The notes: generated from the letters alone by a model not told the origin. 64,000 nt of DNA from Chloroflexota bacterium (GCA_965261345.1 OZ253449.1:1248001-1312000), one strand, 5' to 3'; positions 9,595-20,387 are shown, counted from the first letter of the stretch. Numbers and translations are program-made.

Positions 9595-10773
9595 TCAGGC
9601 CAGTTTGACGTGGCCGGTTCGGTGGGCGTTTATCCACTCCCAGTCAATTTCCACCCCAATTCCCGGCCCTTCCGGAGCAAAGACATTGCCCTGGCTGTCG
9701 ATGCTGTCTAGGTCGTCGCTGTAATCGACATATATGGGGTGCAGCGGAGCCAATGGTCGCGCCACCTTTGGATGCACCAACCCGAGCTCGTAGTAGTTGG
9801 TGTTGCGGATCGAAGACATCAGGTGCCGGTGCACCGGCCCCGGGGAATGAATCTCCACGTCGATGCCGAATCCCTCGGCGGCGTGGGCGATCTTCATCAC
9901 GCCGGTGACCCCGCCGTCCTGGTAGGCGCCCGCCCGCATGTAGTCGGTCGCCTCGGCGAGCAGGAAATTCACGTGCTGTTCTAGCAGTCGGATGTGCTCG
10001 GTCTGCAGAATCGGGGTGCGGAGCATCTCGCGCAGCTTGCGATGCGCGTAGGTGGAGACGCCGCCATCCCGGTAGGGGTCCTCAATCCAGAAGAAGTTCG
10101 CCTCATCGCAGGCCCTCCCGACCGCCAGCGCCTGGGCGAAATTCTCGAGCTCGCAGGCCGGATCGAGCATCAGCGCCATGTTCTCGCCCACCGCTGCGCG
10201 CATGCCAAGCACGTTGTCGATCTCGCGCTGGATGTTCTGTCCCGCCAGGCCCCAGCCGTGGATCTTGAAGGCGGTATAACCCATGTCGCGGCACCGCACT
10301 GCAAATTCGGCGAACTGCTCCGGGGTGGTGAGCCCGCCGTTCTCATCACCGTGCAGGGTTGATGCGTAGGCGGGCAGCGGGCGCCGGGTCCCGCCGAGGA
10401 GGCGGTACAACGGTTCGCCGTACAGCTTGCCGGCGATGTCCCAGAGGCAGATGTCGATGACGCCGACACCGGTCATATCAAATTGCCGGAGGGCGCGCTT
10501 GCAGTCGTTGTAGATCTTCTCCCGCCCGGTGGCGTCCTTACCGATGAGGTACCCGGCGCAAATTGCCACCTGGGCCTGGGTCGGCCCCATAAAGACGGGG
10601 AACTCGCCGGTGATGCCGGCATCGGTGTGGATCTGGAGGATGGCTCCGGATTGCTTGAGCGTGCCGCCCGGTTCGTAGACGATGTTGAAGGTGTTGTAGT
10701 CCTTGCCGAGGTCGTTGTTGGTGAACTCATAGCTTGTGAGCTCAACCCCGGTAATGACTGGAACGCTGTTCAT
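9595..10773 (-). CDS. Mandelate racemase/muconate-lactonizing enzyme (enolase superfamily), paralog 1
   Basis: DICLWDIAGK, FKIHGW, LMLD, WIEDP, QTEH; start at ATG 10773 by comparison with its paralog. Confidence 0.9.
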   Translation of the reverse strand: MNSVPVITGVELTSYEFTNNDLGKDYNTFNIVYEPGGTLKQSGAILQIHTDAGITGEFPVFMGPTQAQVAICAGYLIGKDATGREKIYNDCKRALRQFDMTGVGVIDICLWDIAGKLYGEPLYRLLGGTRRPLPAYASTLHGDENGGLTTPEQFAEFAVRCRDMGYTAFKIHGWGLAGQNIQREIDNVLGMRAAVGENMALMLDPACELENFAQALAVGRACDEANFFWIEDPYRDGGVSTYAHRKLREMLRTPILQTEHIRLLEQHVNFLLAEATDYMRAGAYQDGGVTGVMKIAHAAEGFGIDVEIHSPGPVHRHLMSSIRNTNYYELGLVHPKVARPLAPLHPIYVDYSDDLDSIDSQGNVFAPEGPGIGVEIDWEWINAHRTGHVKLA

Positions 10774-11012
10774 GGCCTGGTCCTGGTGGCTGATTAGGTG
10801 GTTTATGGTACGGCAGGGTTGGTGGCCCATCGGGCGATGGCGCCGGGGCGCAGCGGCCTATTTGAGGCGTGATCGAATTGGGCTGACCCAATATCGCCGA
10901 CCTTACCCGGGGCGCGCCGGCGCCAGCCGATAATTCCGGCGCCGACTTGACCCTTCAGGTGATCCTGCGGGCGATGTCAACGGGCCCGCCGACGGCGTTT
11001 GGGCCAATGCCC

Positions 11013-12188
11013 TCAGGCCAATTTGACGTGGCCGGTGCGGTGGGCGTTTAGCCATTCCCAGTCGAGCGGCACCCCGATACCTGGACCCTCCGGGGCAAAG
11101 ACGTTGCCGGCGTTGTCGATGGCGTCCAGATCGTCGCTGTAATCGCCGCAATACGGGTGCTGCGGGACCGACGATTCCGAGTATGGGTGTACCAGGCCAA
11201 GCTCATAGAAATTGGTGTTGCGAATCGAGGACATCAGGTGTCGGTGCACCGGTCCCGGGGCGTGAATCTCCACATCGATGCCGAAACCCTCGGCGGCGTG
11301 GGCGATCTTCATCACGCCGGTGACCCCGCCGTCCTGGTAGGCGCCCGCCCGCAGGTAATCGGTCCCCTTAGCGAGCAGGAAATTCACATGCTGTTCCAGC
11401 ATACGGATGTGTTCGGTTTGCAGGAGCGGGGTCTGGATCATCGCACGCAGCTTGCGATGCGCGTAGGTGGAGACTCCGCCGTCGCGGAACGGATCTTCGT
11501 ACCAGAAGAAGTTCGCCTCATCGCAGGCCCTCCCGACCGCCAACGCCTGGGCGAAATTCTCGAGCTCGCAGGCCGGGTCGAGCATCAGCGCCATCTTCTC
11601 GCCCACCGCCGCGCGCACGCCAAGCACGTTGTCGATCTCGCGCCGGATGTTTTGTCCCGCCAGGCCCCAGCCGTGGATCTTGAATCCGGGGTACCCCATG
11701 TCGCGGCACCGTACCGCAAAGTCTGCAAACTGCTGCGGGTCGCCCAGCCCGCCGTTCTCATCCCCGTGCAGGGTAGAGGCGTAGGCGGGCAGCGGGCGCC
11801 GGGTCCCGCCGAGGAGGCGGTACAACGGCTCGCCGTAGAGCTTGCCGGCGATGTCCCAGAGGCAGATGTCGATTGCGCTAAGCCCGGTCATATCGAATTG
11901 CCGGAGGGCGCGCTTGCAGTCGTTGTAGATCTTCTCCCGCCCGGTGGCGTTCTTGCCGATGAGGTACCCGGCGCAAATTGCCACCTGGGCCTGGGTCGGA
12001 CCCGCCGGGACCGGAAACTCCCCGGTTATGCCGGCATCGGTGTGGATCTGGAGGATGGCCCCGGATTGCTTGAGCTTGCCGCCCGGTTCGTAGACCAAGT
12101 TGAAGGTGTTGTAGTCGGTGCCAAGATCGTTCGAGGCAAATTCATAGCTTGTGAGCTCAACCCCGGAAATGACTGGGACGCTGTCCAT
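11013..12188 (-). CDS. Mandelate racemase/muconate-lactonizing enzyme, paralog 2
   Basis: Same motifs; close tandem duplicate of 9595-10773. Confidence 0.9.
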   Translation of the reverse strand: MDSVPVISGVELTSYEFASNDLGTDYNTFNLVYEPGGKLKQSGAILQIHTDAGITGEFPVPAGPTQAQVAICAGYLIGKNATGREKIYNDCKRALRQFDMTGLSAIDICLWDIAGKLYGEPLYRLLGGTRRPLPAYASTLHGDENGGLGDPQQFADFAVRCRDMGYPGFKIHGWGLAGQNIRREIDNVLGVRAAVGEKMALMLDPACELENFAQALAVGRACDEANFFWYEDPFRDGGVSTYAHRKLRAMIQTPLLQTEHIRMLEQHVNFLLAKGTDYLRAGAYQDGGVTGVMKIAHAAEGFGIDVEIHAPGPVHRHLMSSIRNTNFYELGLVHPYSESSVPQHPYCGDYSDDLDAIDNAGNVFAPEGPGIGVPLDWEWLNAHRTGHVKLA

Positions 12189-12602
12189 GGCCTGGTCCTT
12201 TTAAAGAACAGTGCGCGGCCTTGGCCGGTCTGCCGTAAAGATTGATTGGGCCGCCCGGACGCGAACCGCCGTAAGCACGCTTTCGCTCCCGGGGCCGTCC
12301 TAGAGCTTTCCAATTCCGCCCATTGTCCCCTGCCCGGGATTGGTTGCCCGCCGGCTAGGCCCGGCGCGACCCGGCCGGAGTTTTGACCAAATGCCGGTTT
12401 GAGCCAGGACCGGCCAGCGGTACCGCTTAAGCGATCAATTTGGCCGCCCGCCCGCGGTCAATTTATGGCTGAACTGGTTGTCTGAGTGGGATGGGTGTGG
12501 GCCGGGCGCGGGCGGCCCGTTTTCTCGTGTGGGCTACGCCGGCCCCGGCGGCGGCCTCAACCTTCTCAGTCGAAATTGCCGATCGGGGATTCGGCGCGGC
12601 GG

Positions 12603-15600
12603 TCAGGCGCCTGGCGCCCGGGCCAGGCTGACCTGGAATGTTTGCCCTGAAATTTCCAACGGCTGGCTCAATTCAGGATTCCTTAACCGGATCGGGTGGA
12701 GCGAGATCGCCAGGACCTCGCTGGCAATTTCGGTGCCGTGTTCGGCCAGCAGCCGGTCGGCCTCCGGACCGGTCAGTGAGACCTCGATCCGGTCGGAGAT
12801 TTCGTATCCGGCGCTGCGCCGCATTCCCTGGATCGCGTGAACGATCTCGCGCGAGAGGCCCTCGCGCCGCAGTTTGGCGTCAATCGCGGTGGTTAGGCCA
12901 ACCGCAATTCCATCGCCGACCGCCACCGCCAGGCCCTCGATTCCCGAATAGCGGATTGCCAGGTCGTCGGCTAAGAGTATTTCCAAGCGACCGGCCAGCT
13001 CAATGGGGATTTCCTCGCCGGCATCGGCCTGGGCGGCAACCCGGGCCGGATCAAGCTCGGCGATCGCCGCCGCCGCCGCCCCGATGGACCGCCCGAAACG
13101 CGGTCCCAGCGAGCGGAAATTGGGTTTGATCTCAAACGAGAGCAGGCGCGAGGAGGAATCGGATACGCGCAGCGCCTTTACGTTCACCTCCGAGCAGATC
13201 AGATCACGGTGGCGGTCGATCGCCCGGCGGGCATTGCGGTCGGCGGTGCCGACCACGAGCTCGGCCAGCGGCTGGCGGGTTTTGAGGTTGGCCTGCGATC
13301 GGGCCGCCCGCCCCAACGAGATCACCGTCCGCAGCACCGCGAACTCGGCTTCCAATCCAGCGTCGATCCGTTCGGGCCGGGGCTGGACAAATGGGCAGAG
13401 GAAGACGCTTGCCGGGGCGCCAGGGACGTGCGCCTCCAGGTTCTGGTAGAGCTCCTCGGCCAGGTGCGGGGCCAGCGGAGCCATCAACCGGACGATCCCG
13501 GTCAACACCTCGTAGAGCGTCGCGTAGGCCGCCGCCTTATCCTCGTCGGCCTGCGACCTCCAGTAGCGGCGTCGACAGAGTCGCACGTACCAGTTGGAAA
13601 GGTCGTCCCAGAAACGCTCCAACTGCCCGACTAAGGGATATACCCAGTAGTTCTCATAGGACGTCTGGGCGCTGGCGACAAGGGAGTTGAAACGCGAAAT
13701 AATCCAGCGGTCAAGCACCGGGCGGGAGCCCAGCGGCGGGGCCGCCGTCAACGGGTCGAACTGGTCGAGTTCGGCGTAGGTGAGGAAGAACGCGTACACG
13801 TTCCAAAGGGTTAGGAACCGGCGCACCACCGCGCGCGCGGGCTGGTAACCGAAACGCACATTGGCGTTGGGGTTGGTGCCAACGTACATCCAGCGCATTA
13901 CGTCGGCGCCCATCTTGGCGACCGCCTCGTCAAAGTCGATCGAATTTCCAAACGAGCGGTGCATCGCCTGGCCGTTCTGGTCCATTACCTTTTCGTAGAC
14001 AAAGCAGGTCCGATAGGGCGCCCGGTCGGCGATCGCCACGCTCATAAAGAGCATCGAATAGAACCAGAGCCGGATCTGTTCACGCATCTCGGTAATAAAG
14101 TCGGCCGGGAACCACTGGTTCCAGGGCGAATCGGGGTCGGCCTGGTCGCCGCCGAGGTAATTTAGGGTCGAAAACGGCACGATTCCGGCGTCCAGCCAGC
14201 AGTCGCCGACCTCCTTTACGCGCTCGAGCTGGGCCCCGCAAACGCAGGCAATCCGGATCTCGTCGATCCAGGGTCGGTGCAGCTCTGGAAGGGAGTCGAC
14301 CGCGGCCGGGTCGATCGCCCGCGCGCGCAGCTCGGCCAGTGAGCCGATGACCGTGAGCTCGCCGCAGTCGGGGCATTCATAGAACGGCAGCGGCAGGCCC
14401 CAGTAGCGCTTGCGCGAGATGGCCCAGTCGCCCATGTTCTCCAGCCAGTCGACCATCCGGGCCCCGGCACTGGCGGGCACCCAGTTGACGGTACGGGCGG
14501 CGGCGATCATCCGCGGGCGGATCTGCTCGCACGCGATGAACCACTCGTCGACCAGATTGAAGACGATCTCCTCTTTGCAGCGCCAGCAGACCGGGTAGCG
14601 ATGGGTGTGGTCGCCAGCGACCAGGAGCAGGCCTTTGGCCTTTAGGCGATCCACAATGTAGGCGGTCGAATCGGCTACCCGGCGGCCGGCCAGTTCGCCG
14701 TAATCCTCCCGGTAGGCGCCTTCGCCATCAATGATTGAGAGCGCCGGCAGGCCCTCGCGCTGACCCAGCTCGAAGTCTTCGGCCCCCGATCCCGGGGCGA
14801 TGTGGACGATCCCGGTGCCCTCGTCGCCGACGACTTCTTCCCAGGCCACGATCCGGCGCGGGACATCGCGCTGCGGGTCGAGCTCGTCCCAGGGGCCCTG
14901 ATAGGTCAGGCCAAGCAGCTCTCGGCCGGGGAACTCCCGTTCGATTCGGGCCCCAGGCCCCAGGACCCGGTCTACGGCGGCGCGGGCCAACACATAGCGT
15001 TTCCCGTCCAGGCTGGCGCTAACGTATGCCAGGTCGGGGGCCACCGCGCAGGCGACGTTGCCAGCCAGGGTCCACGGGGTGGTGGTCCACACCAGCAGAT
15101 GCTCACCCTCACGTTGCCGGATCGGCAAGGCCAGAGTGACGGCGGTGTGGGTGAGTACCTGATAGGTGTCGGTGCCGAGCAGTTCGTGCTGCGAAAGCGA
15201 GGTCCCGCAGCGGGTGCACCAGGGCATGACGCGATTGCCGCGGCGCAGCCAGCCGTTCTCGCTGCAGACCTTGAGGAAATGCCAGATGTGCTCGATGTTG
15301 GAATCGGAGTGGGTGTAGTAGGAATCGTCCCAGTCCATCCACATCCCCAGGCGCCGGGACTGGCCGGAAATCCGCTCGCCAAAGCGTTCCACCCGCGCCG
15401 CGCAGGCCCGCGCGAAGCGGTCCAGGCCGTAGGCTTCGATCTCGCGCTTGGAATTGAGCCCAAGCTCGCGCTCGACCTCGACCTCAACCCACAGCCCCTG
15501 GCAGTCAAACCCGTTCTGGTAGCGCTGGTGGAACCCGCCCATGGCCTTGTAGCGGGTGTAGATGTCCTTGTAGGTTCTGCCCCAGGCGTGGTGGACCCCC

Positions 15601-15770
15601 ATCGGATTGTTGGCAGTTATCGGCCCGTCGATGAAGGAATGACGGGGCCCGTTGCGGTTCTGCTCGCGCAGCTTGGCAAAGACCTGGTTGTCTTCCCAGA
15701 AATCCTGGGCTGCGGCCTCGATCGCAGGCAGGTCGGGGACCTGCGGGGGGCGGCTAAAGTGGGTTGCCAT
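12603..15770 (-). CDS. ileS: Isoleucine--tRNA ligase (type 2-like)
   Basis: DGPITAN, GFDCQGL, WTTTPWTL, GTGIVHIAP, DWAISRKRYWG, type-2 C-terminus; signature motifs GVHH and AMHRS. Confidence 0.95.
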   Translation of the reverse strand: MATHFSRPPQVPDLPAIEAAAQDFWEDNQVFAKLREQNRNGPRHSFIDGPITANNPMGVHHAWGRTYKDIYTRYKAMGGFHQRYQNGFDCQGLWVEVEVERELGLNSKREIEAYGLDRFARACAARVERFGERISGQSRRLGMWMDWDDSYYTHSDSNIEHIWHFLKVCSENGWLRRGNRVMPWCTRCGTSLSQHELLGTDTYQVLTHTAVTLALPIRQREGEHLLVWTTTPWTLAGNVACAVAPDLAYVSASLDGKRYVLARAAVDRVLGPGARIEREFPGRELLGLTYQGPWDELDPQRDVPRRIVAWEEVVGDEGTGIVHIAPGSGAEDFELGQREGLPALSIIDGEGAYREDYGELAGRRVADSTAYIVDRLKAKGLLLVAGDHTHRYPVCWRCKEEIVFNLVDEWFIACEQIRPRMIAAARTVNWVPASAGARMVDWLENMGDWAISRKRYWGLPLPFYECPDCGELTVIGSLAELRARAIDPAAVDSLPELHRPWIDEIRIACVCGAQLERVKEVGDCWLDAGIVPFSTLNYLGGDQADPDSPWNQWFPADFITEMREQIRLWFYSMLFMSVAIADRAPYRTCFVYEKVMDQNGQAMHRSFGNSIDFDEAVAKMGADVMRWMYVGTNPNANVRFGYQPARAVVRRFLTLWNVYAFFLTYAELDQFDPLTAAPPLGSRPVLDRWIISRFNSLVASAQTSYENYWVYPLVGQLERFWDDLSNWYVRLCRRRYWRSQADEDKAAAYATLYEVLTGIVRLMAPLAPHLAEELYQNLEAHVPGAPASVFLCPFVQPRPERIDAGLEAEFAVLRTVISLGRAARSQANLKTRQPLAELVVGTADRNARRAIDRHRDLICSEVNVKALRVSDSSSRLLSFEIKPNFRSLGPRFGRSIGAAAAAIAELDPARVAAQADAGEEIPIELAGRLEILLADDLAIRYSGIEGLAVAVGDGIAVGLTTAIDAKLRREGLSREIVHAIQGMRRSAGYEISDRIEVSLTGPEADRLLAEHGTEIASEVLAISLHPIRLRNPELSQPLEISGQTFQVSLARAPGA

Positions 15771-16492
15771 CAGTTCGCCAGCGCGATCTCGACCCGGCGG
15801 TTGACTCGGCCCTTGTTCGACCCGCCAATGACCCGGATGGCCCCGACCTGGTCGGTTGCCTTGACATGGGTTCCGCCATCGGCCTGCAGGTCAATACCGA
15901 CAATTTCAACGATCCGCACCTGGGTGATCGATTCGGGAAGGCGGTTAACCTGCGAGCGGATAAGGTCCGGGATTGCGAAGGCCTCGGCCCGCGGCAGCTG
16001 GTAGGCCTTAACCGGGGCGGCGGTCGCCAGCAGAGCGTTGCTGCGCGATTCCAGCTCGTTGAGGATGTCGCCGATCCGAACCCCCTCCAGGGCAAAGTCC
16101 ATCCGCGCCTTGGACCCGTCGTCGGCGATGTTGGCGCCGGTTACCAGGGCCCCGAATCCGGAGAAAACGACCTGCGAGAGAACGTGTAGGGCGGTGTGCA
16201 AGCGCATCAATTTAAACCGCCGCGGCCAGTCGATCCGGCCGTGCACCGGGGTGCCGACGGCTGGCGGATCGCCCTCGATCGGGTGGGCGATGTCCCCGCC
16301 GCGGCGGGCCGCCACCGCCACCGCATGGGTGTGGCCGGAGATTTCAAGCTGCCCGCTGTCGCCCGGTTGGCCGCCGCCGCGCGGGTAGAACGCACTCTCA
16401 CTGAGAAAAAGGTCGCCACCGTCGACGGCGGTGACGGTCGCGGCGAATTCTTTTCGATACGCGTCTAGATAGTAGAGCGGTTTGGCGGGCAT
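15770..16492 (-). CDS. Alanyl-tRNA editing protein (AlaX family)
   Basis: FYPRGGGQPGDSG, MRLHTALH, DLQADGGTHV; start at ATG 16492. Confidence 0.92.
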   Translation of the reverse strand: MPAKPLYYLDAYRKEFAATVTAVDGGDLFLSESAFYPRGGGQPGDSGQLEISGHTHAVAVAARRGGDIAHPIEGDPPAVGTPVHGRIDWPRRFKLMRLHTALHVLSQVVFSGFGALVTGANIADDGSKARMDFALEGVRIGDILNELESRSNALLATAAPVKAYQLPRAEAFAIPDLIRSQVNRLPESITQVRIVEIVGIDLQADGGTHVKATDQVGAIRVIGGSNKGRVNRRVEIALAN

Positions 16493-16585
16493 GGATCGTA
16501 AGGATACGAAGGGATTGGGGACGGCGGGGTAAGGCCGGCGCCGGCCAAGCAATTGGCCGCCAAAAAGTCTATGGCCTGGGAGGCC

Positions 16586-17149
16586 TTAGGCAGCCAGAAC
16601 CAGGTATGTCTCCAGCACCCAGCCGCCGCCCGGCTCATCGAGCTCCCGCCACGTTCCGTCGCCGTCGAGATGCAGCTGTCCGGAAAGGCGCACGATTTGC
16701 CGGTCGGGCAGGACCTGCAGGATCTCTCCGGCGTAGGAGGGCAGCGATCTGACGTTTAAGCCGATCGTGGCGTTAACCGCGGCGTGGCCGGCCGGAATCT
16801 GGGTCGGATCCACGGGCTCGGCCGTAGGCTGTGGCGCTGCGGTTGCGGTCGCGGTTGGGACAACGGTCGCGGTCGGGGTGGCGATTTGGGTCGGGATAGC
16901 CGTCGGGGTCGCTGTAGCCACCAGGGTCGGTACCGGGGCCGCCGCCGCGGTTGGCTGGGCCGGCCTGGCTGGGACCTGCTCGATCGCCCCGGGCGCGGCG
17001 GCTTGGTCGGGCGCACGCCCAAACAGGGTAAATATTAGTAACAGGCCGAAAAGGCCGGTTAGGGCAAACCCCAGAGGCTGGAGGACGTCGCGACGGCGCC
17101 GCGCGCGACGGTTGGCCGGCGGAAGCGAGCGGTCCGGTTGTGCGAGCAC
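16586..17149 (-). CDS. Membrane-anchored SH3-domain protein with Pro/Thr/Ala linker
   Basis: TM helix, PTAT-rich linker, GLNVRSLP...GWV SH3b-like end. Confidence 0.65.
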   Translation of the reverse strand: MLAQPDRSLPPANRRARRRRDVLQPLGFALTGLFGLLLIFTLFGRAPDQAAAPGAIEQVPARPAQPTAAAAPVPTLVATATPTAIPTQIATPTATVVPTATATAAPQPTAEPVDPTQIPAGHAAVNATIGLNVRSLPSYAGEILQVLPDRQIVRLSGQLHLDGDGTWRELDEPGGGWVLETYLVLAA

Positions 17150-17174
17150 CGCGACACCCCCGAGGGCTTGCTAA

Positions 17175-18029
17175 CTAGCGCGATCGCGGGCCGCGGCGGC
17201 GCGACTCGGCCCGGCGCCGCGACCTGGCCGGGCGGCTGCGGCGCGGCCGGCCGGCCGATCGGGTCGAAGTCTCCGGTTCGTCCGTATAGAACTGGGCCGG
17301 TTGGTCGTCGATCGGAGCGGGTTCGCCGCCGCTGAGAAATTCGGGCAGGCCGGCGTCAGGATTGGCCGGCTTTTGCGGAACCGCGCCCTCCACGTACATC
17401 TCGTGTTCGTAGCGCAGGCAGCAGAGCAGGCGCCCACACACCCCGGAGATCTTGGCCGGATTGAGCGGGAGATTCTGGTTCTTGGCCATCCGAACCGAAA
17501 CCCGGCCCGGTTCGACCAGCCAGGATGAGCAGCACAGGCTCAAACCGCAGCGGCCCAGCCCGTCGACCAATGCCGCTCGCTCGCGCGAACCGACCTGGCG
17601 CAGTTCGATCCGGGCATGGAAGACCCCGGCCAATTCGCCGGCGAGGTCGGAAAAGTCGACCTGGCCGCTGGCGGCGATATTAAAGGTCAGAGTCGCCCCA
17701 TCAAAGCTCCAATTGGCCTTGATCGGTTTGATCGGCAATCCGCGTTCGCCGATGAGTTGCTTGAAGCGGGCCATCGCCTCGGTGGCCCGTACTGACTGCT
17801 CCTCGAATTTGATCCGGTCCTGCTCGCTGGCGTGTCGGATGACCTTGCGCAGCGGCGCGCGCAGCTCGGTGTCGTCGACCTCGGTCGGGGCCAGGATCAC
17901 CCGTGCCAGCTCGGTGCGCGAGCCGGCCTCAACCAGGACCAGGTCCTCGACCTGGAAGGGGACCGAGTCGGGGTCGTAGTAGAAGAGGCGGCCGGCGCGC
18001 CGAAAACGTACGCCGATAACAGTTGGCAT
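17175..18029 (-). CDS. PSP1/RicT (YaaT) family protein
   Basis: VIGVRF...YY, RIELRQVG, GRCG..LCC, KISGVCGRLLCCLRYE. Confidence 0.92.
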   Translation of the reverse strand: MPTVIGVRFRRAGRLFYYDPDSVPFQVEDLVLVEAGSRTELARVILAPTEVDDTELRAPLRKVIRHASEQDRIKFEEQSVRATEAMARFKQLIGERGLPIKPIKANWSFDGATLTFNIAASGQVDFSDLAGELAGVFHARIELRQVGSRERAALVDGLGRCGLSLCCSSWLVEPGRVSVRMAKNQNLPLNPAKISGVCGRLLCCLRYEHEMYVEGAVPQKPANPDAGLPEFLSGGEPAPIDDQPAQFYTDEPETSTRSAGRPRRSRPARSRRRAESRRRGPRSR

Positions 18030-18208
18030 GGCAGCCGCGGTTGCGCTTTGCTTGGGTGGGAATTTATCAGATGGCTTGGCCCTGCCGGGACCGGGCCACC
18101 GGACACCGGTCGACCGCCCGACAGCAGGGTCGAGTAAAACGAGTCTATTTCGTCAGCTGACCAACGCAATGCCGACCCCCACGGGGGGGCTGGCGCCGGC
18201 ACCTTGAC

Positions 18209-19186
18209 CTAGGTGGCCTGCAGGCGACCGATGTTTAGGAAAACGTCCTCGATTGCCGGTCGCAGCATCGCGTTCCCGCGCAGGCGCCGCAGACCCTCAC
18301 GCAGCAGGGCCGCGTCGTTTGCCCAGGCAATCAGGCTGGCGGTCTCACCGCTGCGCCGGGCGGCCAGTGCCAACTCCAGCCACTCCAGCGACTCGATCGC
18401 CGCCGATCGCCGTTCGGCAGCGCTCCGCCCGTCGGTGGCCACGGTGGCGGCGACTTCCATCCTCCGGGCATCGTCGTTGCCGGCTTCGAGGGCCGAGAGC
18501 ATCAGCTTGGCGCGGCGGTCAAAGCGTTGCAATAGCCGTCGGTCGGACGCCATCGCCAGTGCCCAGCCGGGCCGTCCGAAGGCATGCGCGAGGGCGGTTT
18601 CGAGGTCCTCTCCGTCAACCCCGGTGCGGCTTCTAACCAGCTCGCCCAGCAGTTTGTCGGGCAGGGCGTAGAGCCGCAGTCGCGAACAGCGGGAGGCCAC
18701 CGTCGGCAGCAGCGAACTCACGTCCGGGGCCGCCAGCATGATGAGGGTGTGGCCCGGCGGCTGCTCGAGCGTTTTGAGCAGCGCGTTGGCCGCGCTTTCG
18801 GAAAAAAGGTGGGCGTTGGGAAAGATGGCGATCTTGAACCGGCCGCCGACCGAGGTGAGCGCCACTCGGTTCTCGAATTCGCGGATCTGGTCGATCTGGA
18901 CCCGGCCGTGACCCTCCGCAACATCAACGGTCCGGACATCGAAATCGGCCCCCTTGGCGATCCGCTGACAGCTGGGGCAGGCCCGGCAGGGACCCCGACC
19001 ATCGGCGTCGGGGCAGTTTAGGTAGGCGGCCAACCCGCACATCAGGGTGGTCTTGCCCGAATGGGGTGGGCCGGTAAACAACAGCGCGTGCGGGAGGCGG
19101 CCGCTTGAGAGCATCACCTCGATTAAGCGGACCGCGGCGGTCTGGCCGACCACCCCGAGATCTAGCGCCATGGTGTGGGTGGCCAC
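18209..19186 (-). CDS. holB: DNA polymerase III delta' subunit
   Basis: HALLFTGPPHSGKT, Zn-binding cysteines, AANALLKTLEQP, TVASRC; upstream of PSP1. Confidence 0.9.
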   Translation of the reverse strand: MATHTMALDLGVVGQTAAVRLIEVMLSSGRLPHALLFTGPPHSGKTTLMCGLAAYLNCPDADGRGPCRACPSCQRIAKGADFDVRTVDVAEGHGRVQIDQIREFENRVALTSVGGRFKIAIFPNAHLFSESAANALLKTLEQPPGHTLIMLAAPDVSSLLPTVASRCSRLRLYALPDKLLGELVRSRTGVDGEDLETALAHAFGRPGWALAMASDRRLLQRFDRRAKLMLSALEAGNDDARRMEVAATVATDGRSAAERRSAAIESLEWLELALAARRSGETASLIAWANDAALLREGLRRLRGNAMLRPAIEDVFLNIGRLQAT

Positions 19187-19281
19187 TCGGACCGGGCCGG
19201 GAACTGATCAATCCCGGTTGGCGTCGACGCGGTTGCCCCGACTGCCCCGGTTAGACGATGGTGGCAGGCCCGCAAACGGAG

Positions 19282-19902
19282 TTAACCGGCCTCGACCGCG
19301 GCGCCGGCATAGGCGTCTATGAATTCGCCTAAGATTTCCCCGTCAACCTGGTTTAAGGCCAGCAGGGTGCCGTATGCGCTAACCGAAATGTGCGATCCGC
19401 TGGCAGCCCGGTAGGGCGCCAGGATCACTGGGCGATCGGGGAACAAATCGACGACCTCGGCAAGTTCGTCAACCATCCCGGCGCAGAGGCCGGCCGCCGG
19501 TGGACAGCTGTAACCGATGACCACGTAGCCTTCGGCCAGGGCTGCCACCTGATCGAGGTTGCTGATCTCGCGGTCGTAGATTCCCGGCTCCGGGGCGGTC
19601 GCCGAACGCGCCCCCGAGGTGGGTGGGATCGTCAGGTAGGGATCATGCATCACGTCGGGCCCCACCACTACCGTCGGGGCGACGTCGACGCTGTTGCCGG
19701 GTGGGCCCTCGAGTAATCCGTTTATGGCCATAAATTCAAATGGCAGCAGGACCACCATCAGCACCATCAGGATGACGAAGCGCTTCTGTCGAAAGGGGTT
19801 AAAACCCGCCCGCGGCGGCGGAGCGGCGCTGGCCGGAGCGCCCGCTGGCTCTACCGGCAGGCGAGATTGAGTTTTTCCGCGGCGGCGGCGGCGGGTGGCC
19901 AT
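19282..19902 (-). CDS. DUF3105-like membrane-anchored protein
   Basis: TM helix then Y...PPTSG, GIYD, EGYVVIGY, ILAPY; start at ATG 19902. Confidence 0.6.
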   Translation of the reverse strand: MATRRRRRGKTQSRLPVEPAGAPASAAPPPRAGFNPFRQKRFVILMVLMVVLLPFEFMAINGLLEGPPGNSVDVAPTVVVGPDVMHDPYLTIPPTSGARSATAPEPGIYDREISNLDQVAALAEGYVVIGYSCPPAAGLCAGMVDELAEVVDLFPDRPVILAPYRAASGSHISVSAYGTLLALNQVDGEILGEFIDAYAGAAVEAG

Positions 19903-20120
19903 GGTGTCCTTACTAGGTCTTGGGCTATCTGCTTGCTTGCTGCAATTTTCTTTATCCGGGACCGGACCGGCGGGATCGGGGCGGTGTCCCGGCAACTTTC
20001 TATAATTGCCCGAAGTGGTCGGATGACCCGACCGCCCGCGCCTGAGACTATGGCGGGGTGAAAGCTTGACGGGCAGCGTCCGCGTTGACCCACAATCTAT
20101 TTTGTTTTTGAGGTTCTGGT

Positions 20121-20387
20121 TTGCCGTATCTAGGCACCAAGCAGGAAGCCATCCAAACCCTGCAAAACCATGAGCTGGACACCGGATCAACCGAGGTTCA
20201 GATCGGCGTATTGACGACGCGCATTGTGCACCTTACCGATCATCTTCGGACGCACAAGCACGACCATCACTCGCGTCGTGGTTTGCTCAAGCTGGTTGGC
20301 AAGCGCGGCTCGCTGCTCAGGTATCTGCGGACCAAGAATTCTCAGCGTTACACGGAGGTGATAAGAACTTTGGAATTGCGCGGCTAA
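20121..20387 (+). CDS. rpsO: 30S ribosomal protein S15
   Basis: [27 protein letters not shown]. Confidence 0.97.
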   Translation: MPYLGTKQEAIQTLQNHELDTGSTEVQIGVLTTRIVHLTDHLRTHKHDHHSRRGLLKLVGKRGSLLRYLRTKNSQRYTEVIRTLELRG

